DNA of 59,516 bases, counting the filler, from Sphacelaria rigidula (taxonomy: Eukaryota): NCBI GenBank assembly GCA_964200075.2. It is 9 parts of 9 records of this genome, joined end to end, with 100 filler letters (N's around TTAATTAATTAA, not from the genome) between each part and the next. Parts side by side here need not be neighbours in the genome. Positions count along the whole stretch, not along the records: positions 6,626 to 13,150 come from CAXNAA020019552.1; positions 13,251 to 19,775 come from CAXNAA020019553.1; positions 19,876 to 26,399 come from CAXNAA020019554.1; 6 more parts are not named here. One strand, written 5' to 3'. This document shows, piece after piece, positions 12,185 through 24,259 of this stretch. The translations under genes were made by a program, and so were the position numbers. The stretch's first letter is position 1; every line of letters begins with the position of its first letter. Under the pieces are notes generated by a model. It was not told the origin of the DNA, searched no databases, and saw nothing but the letters and a program-made list of their open reading frames with translations.

Positions 12185-13070
12185 TGGGGGGGGGGGGGGA
12201 AGGGGGGATGCTGCGCACTTGTCCACCAGACAGCATGCATTTCCCTCTCGAGTAGGGCTGAATCTAGTAGTGATGTTGGTTTTATTGCTGTACCACACAT
12301 GGCAACAGTAGATATAGCTAGTAGCTGTCGTTTCCGGTCGTAAACCAGCTGTCGAGGGGTGCGACGGGAGATGACCAATGTGATGTAGGGTGCGTGTGGA
12401 TGGCTTGTGGCAATTTTTCATTGTCTCGCTTTGTTCTGTCCGTGTGGCGCTGTGACTGTCGTGCGTGGCGGTTTGGCGGATTAGAGTACGTGCATGGGGG
12501 GACAGGGCGAGATAAGCGATTCACCATTGATATACATATACGAGTGGTTGGGGGGGCGGGGGGGGGCAGTATTGCACGCTTTTCGACCAGACAGCATGCA
12601 TTTGTGCCCCCCTTGATTAGGGCTGAATGCAGTAGCGATGTTGGGTTTATTTTTCTGTAGAACACATGGCAGAAAACACAGTAAGTAGCTGTCTTTTTAC
12701 CGTCGGGCGTCACCTGTCTAGGGGTAGGTGTAGCTGGGTGGTGGCGATGTCGCTATCTTACTTTGTCTTGTATAGTGCTCGGACTATCGTGCGTGACGGT
12801 GCAACATATCGGAGTGAGTGCATGTGGGACTCGGCGAGATACGTGATTGACCATTAGTTTACGTATACATACAGGGTGGGGGGGTGGGTGGGTGGGAAGA
12901 GTACTCATTTTTCGCTTGCCTTATTTGCTTGAACATTGACCACGCATCCCTCTTTCGCGACAGAGTAAGGGGGGGGAGGGGGGGGGGAGGAATATTGCAC
13001 ATGTTTCACCCAGGCAGCACTCACGTATGTCCTTCTTGAGTAGGGCTGAATGTAGTAGTGATATTTGGGG
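12185..13070 (+). repeat. Degenerate tandem repeat, three units about 370-410 nt apart
   Basis: A G-run followed by (T)GCAC..CCAG.CAGCA..TTGAGTAGGGCTGAAT.TAGTAG.GAT.TT recurs at ~12200, ~12570 and ~12990. Confidence 0.75.
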
Positions 13071-13728
13071 GGGGGGGGGGGGGGCACAAAAAACCCAAAA
13101 ATAGGATGATAAAAATTATCCAGCATTCGGTCGGCTGAGTGTGGGTAGTTNNNNNNNNNNNNNNNNNNNNNNNNNNNNNNNNNNNNNNNNNNNNTTAATT
13201 AATTAANNNNNNNNNNNNNNNNNNNNNNNNNNNNNNNNNNNNNNNNNNNNCGACGGAGATGTCAAAGGTCGTAGCTGCAGCACGGAAGCTAGGACGACCG
13301 CTGTGTACCGCTTATACGGCCTGTGCTGCACGTTTTTCTCTCTGCATGCTTAGCAGCCGATCGACCAAAAAGCTGATTTTGGAGGATGACACATACGCGC
13401 TTACTCGCAGTGCTGTGAGACTACGTAATCGGATGCTTGAGACAAATACAATGGCTCAAACAAAGCGCCGTGCTCTTGTGCACACGCAGAAAAAAACAGA
13501 ACGGAAAACGGTTAATATTTCGCGGAGATATGAACGATTAAAACAACTTGTATCTTCATTGGCTCTGTATCTTAATTGGTACATTTCCCTCTAAAGCAGT
13601 TGGGGGTTCAGGTTCAGGCGCATCTGGTGGATTTGTCACCACCATGGGGTCAGGCATGTGTAGCGGAGGGGGCCCGTAGTGTTCGAGGGGTCGGTTGACA
13701 AGTTAGTTTCCGCAGGGGGGCACACGTC

Positions 13729-15291
13729 TTACAGGGCAGTTCGTACGAGAGGCGCTTGAGCATAACCCAACACCTGTCCGTTGAGTATATCGAAACATGC
13801 AGGGGACGTGAGATAAATGGCTTGCCTACCTTCACGAACAAAGACTTCGGTCTGTTCAAACGAACTAACCTGTGATTGATCAGCTTTGAGCAATTCGACC
13901 AAATAATTTCCTGTGAGGGCGAGCGATTCATTTCGTCTCACGAACTTCACATGGATAAGTTGGGGTTCACGAGAAAGCGAGACTACAGGTTCACCAACAT
14001 AGTATAGACGAAAAGCATTACCTGTTTGCGTGGGGTCATCCTCGTAGGTATGAGCTCCCGAATCAGTGTCGAAGTGACCCAGTGACAGTTTGCCTGAAAC
14101 TGGACGGCTCGGGACAGGTGTTTCCGACGTATACGTGTGTGTGGAAAAACGAAGCCAACTATCTCGACTCAACAAAATATCAAAAGACGTGGAACCGTCG
14201 GGCACAATCAGTGCCCATAAGGGTAACCGAGCAGTGGGAACAGTATCCTGGTAGAATTTTACGCTTAGTCTCACCGATTGATCTACCGTAGTAAGAGATG
14301 TGGAGGGACCAAACCCACCAAAAACACGAGGGTGCACGGTGGACAGATAATGCTCATCCGCCGCGCCCGCGTTGATAACCTTTTGCCAGCAGCTGGCTGT
14401 AATGAACGTTTGAGGCGAACCTGAGTCTGGGAGTGCAAGAGCTATCAAATGGCAGTTTGCACGCGTTCTACTATGTAAACCTATCTTAGTCGTGAAAGAA
14501 GCATCGTCCATAGTTGCAGTACCACTGACGAGATCGGGCCCGAATTCGGGTAAGACATCTGACACATCCTGTTTTACATTTTGAACGAAGGTGCTAAAAT
14601 ACGCCCGTTGATGATCCTGTGGGACACGCTTTTGGTCGGAAGGATGATGCATGCATGGAGTGTCAGTGTTTGTGCCTGGAACATTTGTCTCATCAGTCGA
14701 GGGTTGAATCTCATATACTGCAACGGAGGGGCGATGCCGGGGAAGTGTGGTTGTCGTGGTTGGACCCGACAACTGATTTGTGCGTGGTGTTTCACCCTTA
14801 TTGGCCAACAGAGGGGGCGAATCGTCATTGTGCAAAGCAGGATCAACTACATTATCTAGCTTGGTCAGAACGGGGGACGATTCATCGGGGCGCGGTGTTG
14901 AGTTTGATACGCCAATCAACTCAATACCGTCACTAGTTAGGACCAGCATGGGAGGTTTTGGAGACGATTCGTCAGAACGCGGGGTTGGTAGAGCTGTGCT
15001 GTTCAACCCGGCGTCTGTTAAAGGGGCCAACGTGGGCAAGTTAGGAGACGAGTCACCTTGCGTAACACTTTGTCTGCCTGGTGACGAACACATGATTGAG
15101 GTGTCTTCATGATTAGGATGCGAACGTCCATGAGTCGGCGAAGTCTCTGTGCCTACAGACGGCGACGCTTCATCGGAAATGGGTTCTAACGCAGTGCACG
15201 GGGGGTAGTCAGGGGGCAGTAACGGTCTGTCCGAAATCTGGGGAGTACCGGCCTGTTCCACTCTAAGGTTTTCATATGTCTGAGCCCACAC
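13729..15291 (-). pseudogene. pol: pol N-terminus: P/S/T-rich spacer plus retropepsin aspartic protease
   Basis: ALPDSGSPQTFI, flap VFGGFG, and FDILLSRDSW. Confidence 0.8.
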
Positions 15292-16239
15292 GCAATCTCT
15301 TCTTTGGAGTTGACGTGCGCTTGCTACATCAGGGTTATTTACATGATCATCTGGAGGAGCTCGCCTAGGGTGACGCGCATATAGCGCACGAAAGGGTCGG
15401 CGGCTCCAGGAGCTATTGAAATGAGTTCTCGGACAGTCGAACCCAGGTCACGCTCTTGGCGCACCACTTGAGTCGCTGTCACTTGGGGTTCCATTCCAAC
15501 CCGCTGAGCGACGGAAAGCATGGGCTCTTTGCGGTTGCGACCCTTCAAGGAATAATTACGCTCATCAAATTAACGGGAACCAGGTACCGTATTTTTGCGG
15601 AACTCGGTAGAGTGGTTAGCCGGGCACTCGAGCAGTTGGGGGGTGCTTGCGTGTGTGGCTTCGAATTTGGTATCCTCCACTGAACAGGCGAAGGGGCAGC
15701 GCCTACCGTACCAGAAGATATTTCGGCTCCGGATGCGTTAGAAACTGAACTGCATGACTTCTTCTCCCCCAAAGAGGAGGGATTCGATTGAATATGATTA
15801 GTACCTGGTGGATGTAAAACTGGGTGATCAAATCCAGGATTAAAACGTCGGGTTTGGTCACTGCTCAATTGATAGTCATGCAATCGTGCACGGGCCTCGA
15901 CTGTCTTGGAACCCTTCAAGGCAGTGTCAGCATATCCAGGGAACCCACACCCACATGGTCGAACCCGCGGTGGCCGCCGTTGATTCACGTGTGTGATGTC
16001 TGTGACCTGGCCGAGCGAAAGCAAATTGTTGGGTACTTCTGCGGTGAGTTACCGGCAAACGTTGATCCCTGATTGTGGAATTGTGTTGACGAATGAGGAA
16101 TGGGTGAATGATCATTAGAAGTAGAAAATGTACGGGCGGGTGGTGGCGCCCAAAATATGGGTGTACTCACTCTTCCTGTCTTACCCCAGTGTCTGCTGCT
16201 CGGAAACGCTGGAGGGTGAAAAATGCTTCCAGAAAGTGG

Positions 16240-18665
16240 TCAAGTTGTACGAAGAGCATCTGGGTTAGGTGGGTGGGAGTCTTCCTGGCGGGGCTCATCC
16301 GTGGGGCTAGGTGCAATCATCAGTGGGCGTCGTCCATCTTGTGATTGAACCTGGCCGCGTGGTTGAGAGTTAGCCGGGTCAGACTGTTTTAGACGTGGCG
16401 CAGCGTCAGCGGGCCTAGTCTGATAGTACCGTTGTTGGTACTGCGAGTTGTAGTAGCGGTTATCGTTGCCTTGATGACGATGTCCCCGTCTAGGACGATA
16501 TTGCTGGCCACGCGCGTCGCCGGACTGAGGGCGACGGTAAGAATGCGTACGTGCTTGCCAAGTTGGCCAGCACGATGCGTATTGAGGACCGTGAAACATA
16601 TTGTTCAAGACGCCGAATGCGTTCACAAACGTTGCTTCACAGGTACGCATGGAATCAATAGATACGCGGCCGTCGGCAAAAAATGCTGTCTGCCTATCGA
16701 ACCATACCCCACAATTCAGACACTTATCCTTGCACTCGTGGATGAGCTCATTTCGTATGTGGGGTTCGATATCGTGGGCCCAGAGGGGTGGGTCATTGTT
16801 CTTCATCGACGTACTTACGTTGTGTACCTCCGGCCAAATTTCATTGGCGAAGGGCCAGCTGGGGAGTCGACCAGCGAACGCGTCGGGCGCCTGTACCTGT
16901 GCAGTAACCATAACCTCCCCGGTGGACGTCATAGATCCGGGCACCCATGAGGGTTGACCCGATTTTCTGGTCGTTTGCGCTCGTGGCGCAGAGGCAGCTG
17001 CAGCGATAAAGGGGTCCTGGCTATTGATCAGCGGGACGTGCTGGTCAACACCCGCGGTTGCACCATCTTGTCTCATCGCAGTTGATTCCATGGCCTGTTT
17101 ACGATTTGTGCGCAACCCATCTAGTCTACTCCACATCTCCTCTAGATCTGAAAATGGAACGGCTGCAGTAGTTGCATCGCCCCCGAAAACACTGGGCATG
17201 AGACTGAGATATTGTCGACCCATACTAGAACGAGAGAGTGACATTACCATCTCCTGAGTCGGAGCGAGTTCACGCCCGCCATCAACGGTAACCGGAATCA
17301 ATGAGCGGAAATCCTTGAGGTATTGATCGAAGGGGGGGTGTACCGGGAATTTGAAACTGAGAGATCTCTCGATGGACTCCCCTTCGTAGCTCGTGTCGGG
17401 TGACGAACTAAGTAGCCGGAGCAGAAGCGTAAACGCTTCGTTCCCGCTTAAGCCTTTGTTGAGGGCCCGCGACACTTGGTCGAAGTGGGCGTCGCACATT
17501 GATGTGATTTTCGACGATTCCAAAGAGTTAAGGCCGATGGCCTGCTCTATCGCTCGATGCAATGGGCTGGTCCACCCGCGGACCCACTCACTACTCTCCA
17601 GACTTACAAAGTGCGGGTCGCACACGGCGAGGATATCGCTCAATACGGTTTTAAGCGAAGATCTCAGCTGGCTACAATTGAGACTCGCGTTGGACCCTGC
17701 AATGCACGATTACCGGGGTTTGACCTTACCGACACTTCTTTTTATGTTTAGTTCAAGGTAGGCGCGACGGTTACTGGGGACGTCAGTGCGTGGTGTGTTG
17801 GTTGGTACAGGGAACGATTCGTCTACTTCACGGTGGGTTTGCAGTTGTCGGCGATTTACCCTCCGTCTTGACTTGTCACAAGAACCTGTTTCTTCTCGTT
17901 CCTTGTTGACTGACCTCCCTCCTTCTTCAGGGGGGGGTGTCGTTGTTTTGCAACAGTGGAAGGCAGAGGCAAAGAATCGGACAAGGTGTGTGTTGAGGGG
18001 TGCTGTGATCGGACGCGGTCATTGTTGGGGAACTGCTCCTGACTATCCGTATCGCTTTCGTCTGTACTTGACGCATGTGGCTTGGTGGAAACCGTTTGTT
18101 TGCGTGATCGCGTTCGGTTTTGGTGTGCGCCACTATCCTTGATCGTACCTTGTCCTTTCCCCGCCGTTTGCCACTCTGTCTCTTGTTGCAGTGGAGTTTG
18201 CCCACCTCGTGGAGTATTAGCCCCAAAACCCCGATCCCAATCACCATGCGACTTGTCGACAGGGTGCGTGGGTTGTTGTGAGTGCGAGTACAACGTTCTC
18301 CGTATTTCTTCAACGTCACGGAACATGGTGATGAGTGGCTCGACATAATCGTTTTGGATCTTTTTCGTCGTGTAGTCGAGGTAGGGTTGGGATTGTACAC
18401 ACGTGACAACCCCTACGAGTGTAACTGTACTGCGGTTATTGGGGAACCAGACAAGAAGGTGTTTGGCCTTTTCGATGATTGGGTCTGCGAGATGGCGTGC
18501 TTGGCATGTATAGCGTACTAGATTAGCGGGTTCGTCGACGAAGGACAACAGCGCGGTAGCCGCCCAGTTTTGTACACCAGACAAGTCTCATGTAGACCTA
18601 TTAGGTTCTGGCAGCCGTAGTTGCGCAGTTGCTACTTGTTTGTCAGCCGTGCTCATTGCTGCCAT
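16240..18665 (-). pseudogene. gag: gag-like ORF with two premature stops and one frameshift
   Basis: ATG 18665 is in frame with ORF 17856-18584 across one TGA. The frame then shifts into that of 16240-17643, which carries KCLNCG...SMRTC and a Q/R-rich tail. Confidence 0.65.
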
Positions 18666-18702
18666 CGCGTACGACGGGTTAGCATGTGAGACTCGGTTGT
18701 TG

Positions 18703-18925
18703 TGTAATACGTGAGAGGACCGCGTGCTTAGAGGACCGCATCCGAATTTGAACATCCCCATGGTTAGGGTTAGGGTTAGGGGTAGGGGCAGGGTTAGTGT
18801 TGGGGTTAGGGTCAGGGGTGTGGTACCTGCAAGGACTGGCCCGATTGGTTTTGGAAAACGTCGATCCTGAGGTATTTTGAACCACGGCGCGATCCTCTGA
18901 GCACGCGGTCCTCTCACGCATTACA
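18703..18925. mobile_element. MITE with ~38-bp TIRs enclosing telomere-like TTAGGG repeats
   Basis: Left end TGTAATACGTGAGAGGACCGCGTGCTTAGAGGA matches the reverse complement of the right end, TGTAATGCGTGAGAGGACCGCGTGCTCAGAGGA. TTAGGG variants lie at 18762-18818. Confidence 0.85.
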
Positions 18926-18954
18926 GGGCTTGCAATTCAATCTGTGAACGGTGG

Positions 18955-19060
18955 GTTGTGTTGTGTGTTGTCGTCTCATCTATTCTGGGACGCCGATCTA
19001 CACCTCTCGGTATACAGTATTTGGGCGCACCAGCCGGGGTCACACAGGAGGAAGGTCAAT
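18955..19060 (-). mobile_element. 3' fragment of SINE family 1
   Basis: GCACCAGCCGGGGTCACACAGGAGGAAGGTCAA is the reverse complement of the 3' body at 21249-21290. A CAACA-type tail is present. Confidence 0.7.
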
Positions 19061-19875
19061 GTGAACGGCGGGTGATTCAGATATATATCTGGCGTGATTG
19101 CCCATATCATAATAAGATTGCTGGGGTCTCATAGGTGCCCTGGAAGCAGTTAGGACACAAACGCACAAATATAAATTTCCGAGCTGGAGGACACTGCACG
19201 GCTATGTCCTCCGGAGTCGCAGCAAATGCCTTAGAGGCCATAATCGATCCCTCCTCCAGAGGAATGATACTGACATTCCCTCTGCTGTTCATATTTCCGT
19301 CTAAGGGACGTTCACGAAAACCACGTGCTGCAGAGCACCAAATTTTTGGTACTCTGAAGGGATTCAGACCTCAGAAGTCACTGAAGAATCAGATGCCCTC
19401 CATCCAGAGGATTCGTTTTATGACCGGAAACGAGTATGAAATACCCTCTAGAGGGTGTTTTTATCCTCGGGGGGGTCACTTTACCCTCGAGAGGATGGAA
19501 ATCGCGATAGAGGATTTTGAGGGGGTAGCCGAATGGCCGCGTGTGTTGCGGTAGTTTCCCTATTCTCTACTTACTTGATGTTGTTCTCTATACCGTCGAG
19601 GCATCCATGCCGTATTGCACATTCAAAGCGATTTAAGCATGCATCCAGGAGGCAGCGAAAAACGAAATTCCGGACACGTAGGCCCCAAGCTCGAAAGTTC
19701 GGATTTTTGAGGGGGGGGGGGGGGGCCCCCCCCCGGGTGCCCCTCGGTTTTTTTCTGTGGTGTGGGGGATTAGGGNNNNNNNNNNNNNNNNNNNNNNNNN
19801 NNNNNNNNNNNNNNNNNNNTTAATTAATTAANNNNNNNNNNNNNNNNNNNNNNNNNNNNNNNNNNNNNNNNNNNN

Positions 19876-19934
19876 AAAAACCGACCGAAAAACCGACCGA
19901 AAACCGAATTTTCGGTTTTCGGTTCACAACACTG
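19876..19934. mobile_element. End of a hAT-like non-autonomous element
   Basis: The reverse complement begins CAGTGTTGTGAACCG, with repeated subterminal AAACCG(A) motifs. Cut by the contig start. Confidence 0.5.
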
Positions 19935-20075
19935 ACTGGAGTACAACCGAGGTGGAGTTTATGATGTTGCCAAATAATGTCGCCTAGGTAACTATTGTCG
20001 CTACCTAGCCGTATATTCCGCTCGGGTGCGATAGTCGTGAGTGCACGTGCATGTAACTATTCTTGTGTTCGGGGA

Positions 20076-20230
20076 AAAACCCCTGAGCTCTCTGAACCCA
20101 TGGTTGCGGACTTATTGTACTGCACGATCTTGTTCCGAAAATGGATAAAGTAGAAACCCCTGAGCCCTCCAACCTCATGGTTGCGGACTTACTGAACTGT
20201 ACGATCTTGTTTCGAGAACAAATAGTACAG
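20076..20230 (+). repeat. Tandem duplication, ~77 nt x 2
   Basis: AAACCCCTGAGC..CATGGTTGCGGACTTA.TG.ACTG.ACGATCTTGTT occurs twice. Confidence 0.85.
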
Positions 20231-20558
20231 TCTGTGGTGTTGCCAGGTGGCGTCGCCTAGCAAGCTACCCCTAGCCATATATCCCGCAGACGGTCGACGA
20301 GGGTAAGACAGTGCTGATCCCCGGTCACGATAAAACTAAGAAGGCAACCACCATATAAAGGTACGGCTCCGGATGGGGGACATGGTAGTTCACCTGCCAA
20401 CAGTGATATTTTTTTTACTAGGCTCAAGTTTTTATGCTGTACAGTGTATCATTCCACGATAGGTGCAGCCCTGTATGCAGGACTATGTCTCTAATACAGC
20501 AGCTGCATCAGGACTTGCTCAAAACATTGTACTGTGGCTGCCAAGGTACACAGACAGC

Positions 20559-21030
20559 GGAAAAATTAAATGCGCACCTAGGTACACCATCGAACATCAT
20601 GTAATGTGCACCCTGAGATAATGGCAAAAACACGTGCGGCTTGTCAGTGCCTCATGACCACGACCCCGACTGTGGTGAAACTCGGGTCACACTTATTTCA
20701 ATCCGAGCCAGCACGAACAACACAGAGTACAGTAGTATAACAGTATCATGATGTCGCACTCTCTCTCATCTCTCACTACTCGTCGCGTGGTCGAGTCTGC
20801 ATGATTTCCCACTGCCAGCTCGAAAACAAAAAATGCTCTGTATTGATCATCTAAAAGCTCAAAATTCTATGCTCGCTAATTTCCATCCGCCATCCATGTA
20901 TGATGCAAACCGACAAATCATGAAGGGAAAGCAGGTCATGCGGCACTGACAAGCCGCACGTGTTTTTACCATTATCTCAGGGTGCACGTGATGTTCGATG
21001 GTACACCTGGGTGCACATGTAATTTTTCCT
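20559..21030. mobile_element. Mutator-like MITE with ~100-bp TIRs and a 10-bp TSD
   Basis: Arms 20559-20660 and 20934-21029 (GGAAAAATTA...TAATTTTTCC). The direct repeat CACAGACAGC flanks it at 20549-20558 and 21031-21040. Confidence 0.88.
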
Positions 21031-21066
21031 CACAGACAGCTCTCAAAATCTCCATTTGCAGTGCCG

Positions 21067-21358
21067 GTCGCCCCAGTCGCTCAGTGAATAACCTCGACAC
21101 CGTCTGATGGTTGAGTCGTGGATTGAAATCTCGGAGCGGTCTGGGATTTTTTCTCACGCCATGCCCAACAGTGGAGAGCGACTATGTCGTGGGTACACAA
21201 AAGGAAGATGAAGCACTAAATACAAGTCAAAAAGAAAAAGCTCATGTGTTGACCTTCCTCTTGTGTGACCACCTGCCACGGCTGGTGCGCGTACATATAC
21301 CGAAATGTATGGACTGGTGCCCAGAATCAATGGCACGCTATAAACACAACAGTACAAC
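21067..21358 (+). mobile_element. tRNA-derived SINE, family 1 (near full length, diverged)
   Basis: Head GTCGCCCCAGTCGCTCAGT with a decayed B box. The body CCCAACAGTGGAGAGCGACTATGTCGTGGGTACAC is shared with 39748-39938. Confidence 0.8.
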
Positions 21359-22724
21359 CTAGCCGACACCCGAGGAATTTTCCTCGTGGTCATAAGTTTC
21401 CAATGGACAGGACCCGTGAGGCCTCAACGTAGAACAATAAAGGCAGTTCGGTACCCATGAGTGTACGTAAGCGCCGGTACTCCATCTCCATCACGCATAT
21501 TCTCTCAAAGTGCATATTGATGCCGATTCAGCAGGTGACCTGCCCTCGCGGTCGAAGAATGAACACCGGTATCCTCTTTCAACTTACTCTCACTAATATT
21601 CTTAAACATGCTTTTGTGGACTGTTGAGTTCGCACAACGGGGACCCACGTGTAGATATGACGGTATTAGACGCTTCATGTCAAAACTAAAGAGGAAGCAA
21701 TTTCAGATGTTCCGACTTGTGTTTGTGATGAAGAAATGCCCCGCCATGAACACGCGCTGCTTTGGTTCGGGTTCTTGTTGAGAGTTTTCCACGATCTCGA
21801 GGAGGCTCTTGTGGTTCGGGATCGACACCCCGCGAAAAAAAGCCAGTGTGGGCGACTTTCGGTGGCCAGAACACGCGCCACAGGTATCAGATGACACCCA
21901 AACCTGAACTGTAATGTACCGCTGACCCTCCTTCGTGCACTGCAAAACAAAGCGCAGGCTAAGATGCCTTTCAGCCAAAGAAAACTCGGCAGAAGTGGTG
22001 AAAAATGCGAAATGATACGTGTACATATCTATGCTGAGCGAGGTACCTGACCTGAGATTCATTCTAGGATAGGGGGGGAGGGGGGCCTGAGTAATGTTTT
22101 AGACGGAATTGCACTTGAAAGCGTGATGGAAATGAGCAACGGTTGTTCGAATGCGCTTGTTACCGATAAATGACATTTATTCATATTGCTTGACACTGTT
22201 TCCACCCAACAACAAGCGCACCGCGAGTGTGTTAGATCGTCTGACCCTTCCATGAGCCCTTTCTTCCGGGGAAACAACCCCCCCCCCCCCATGGTACAAA
22301 GGGCAGGCTGGAATAAGGTGGGATAGCGTAGCCGAGACAGTATGGTAAGACGTATGAGGAAGCCAAGACGAGATCATTTCCATAGATCAGGTGACGGAGA
22401 GTCGAGCCTTGAGAAGGGGGAGGTGACGATAATTTGTGGCTCGAGAAAAAGAGAGATGTCGTTTAGGGGACTTGATAATGGGGTAATTTGTTTACTCTTT
22501 TTCTTCACGTTTTCCGGATTTTTAAATTCTCCTCGGGTTCTTCCCATAGAATAATTTCTGGGAAAAATACGACGCTAGATTTTCGGAGAAAGCCGTAGTC
22601 AGTCTTGAGTTGATTTATTGCCTAACTTGGTGAAGAAACCTGCTCTTATTTTTATTGGAGAAGTCTCTTTTTTCCCGGAAATTTCCGAAATTTCGAGAGG
22701 GGTAAATAGATCCCTCAATTATTC

Positions 22725-23095
22725 CAAGGTTGTGTTCTGTAGGGTACAGGTATGATCAGTAGGGTATAATGCTTCTCAGGGAAATTTCAGAACTGTCGGG
22801 TATCGGTGTGGAATTCTTACAGAACTTACAGAACCTGTCGGGTACGGTATAGAGATTGTACAGAAACCCTTACCCGCAACCGGGTGTATCTACAAGGGTA
22901 TACCCGTACCCCGGGTAAGGGTAACCATTTCATACACATCCTACAGAAATGTCGGGTACCGGTATGGAGTTCTTCCAGATGTTACAGAACTGCCGGGTTC
23001 GGGTATGAGAAGCATATAAAACTCAAAACCTGCCGAGTATGGGCAATACCGGGGTAAATACCCTGGGTAAACAAAAAATCGTATGATTCAAAACA
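22725..23095. mobile_element. MITE family CAAGGTTGTGTTCTGTAGGGTA (one end truncated)
   Basis: Family terminus plus internal CAGAACT..TGTCGGGTA repeats. Confidence 0.75.
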
Positions 23096-23228
23096 AAATG
23101 AACTTGAAATATTCCGAAACCGTGCTTCGATACATCAAGGGCTTTGAGCATAGTTTGGTGTGGGTTCGACTTTGGTATTTCTTTTCCCACTACGATTCCC
23201 CTTACGACGATGGGGAGGAAAAACATAC

Positions 23229-23613
23229 CAAGGCTGTGTTCTTGTAGGGTATGGATATTTTAGGTGGAGTATGAGATCCTTACAGAACTACGGAGCTGTC
23301 TGATACCGGTATGAACGTCTGGCAGGACTCAGAGAACCTGTCGGGTACGGCATGGAGGTCGTATAGAAACACACCCTTACCCGCAATCGGGTATATCTAC
23401 AAGGGTATACCCGTGCCCCGGGTAAATGTAAACATTTCGTTCGGATCTCACAAAACTATCGGTTACGGGTATGGGAGGCTCACATAACTTACAGAACTGT
23501 CAGGTACCGATACGAGAGACTTGCAGAACTAACAGAACTGTTGGGTACAGGAAATACCGGGGGGTGTATACCCCGGGTATACAAAAACACGTACCCTACA
23601 GAACACATCCTTG
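23229..23613. mobile_element. MITE family CAAGGTTGTGTTCTGTAGGGTA (both TIRs)
   Basis: CAAGGCTGTGTTCTTGTAGGGTA ... TACCCTACAGAACACATCCTTG. Confidence 0.85.
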
Positions 23614-23934
23614 AATGTTTCTTCGTAACCGAAGACAAGAAGTAGTTATTGTGATAACTGGACCGTGCACCAAGCAAATGCGCCCTGAACCGTGCGCGGA
23701 GACGGGTCACGAAGGACCATCACCGCACAGAAAGCGCACAAAAAGATAATATTTTCCTGAAGAGACCGCTGACGATCAGCTTATTGAAATTTTGCTAAGG
23801 ATAACTCTACACATAGACGGATATGCCTATATTTGAGTCGTCGGAGTCCTCTTCAGCGAACGTACGTAAGTACTTGCGACTTATATTCTGAATCCTCACA
23901 TGGGTCATGTTTTCGTGTTCGTCACACGTTCAAA

Positions 23935-24228
23935 CCCCCCTGTTCCTTGGGACGAGTCCGTGGTCTCAAGGGATTATTCCCCCCCCCCCCCCTCCTGTTG
24001 CAATTTTTGCAATTTGGTATCGCGGATTGGATCAGTATTTCTCGCACCACCTGAACTCTCGTCAAAGAGATCTTTATTTGCTACTCGCATCCTCACGTTT
24101 GCGACGGGCGATAGTCAGATTTTTCTCGGCAAAAAAACTCACTCGCATCTTCCCGAAATTGAGCCCGCGTTCTTCCACCTAATCGTCCCAAGTTGCTCCA
24201 ATTCAATTCAAACCACCGGGACGCGGCG
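23935..24228 (-). mobile_element. tRNA-derived SINE, family 2
   Basis: Shares GACGAGTC.GTGGTCTCAA.GGAT, TCGCGGATTGGATCA and CTCACG with 35100-35372 and 58165-58470. The minus-strand head CCGGTGGT.. and a B-box remnant are visible. Confidence 0.7.
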
Positions 24229-24259
24229 GCAATGATGTTGGTCATTGAAGGCCACTAAC

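Larger units (their letters stand above)
13595..18665 (-). mobile_element. Ty3/gypsy-like LTR retroelement fragment: gag and protease only
   Basis: Co-oriented long ORFs 17856-18584, 16240-17643, 15545-16024 and 13729-15291. They contain a gag-type knuckle remnant and a retropepsin. The reading breaks off at ~13595 before RT. No LTR recognised. Confidence 0.75.

Noticed and set aside
18762..18818. True telomere
   Set aside because: The tract is short, degenerate, internal and enclosed by TIRs.
21690..21945. Possible minus-strand exon after TTTTGCAG
   Set aside because: No recognisable domain, no clear donor site and no partner exons.
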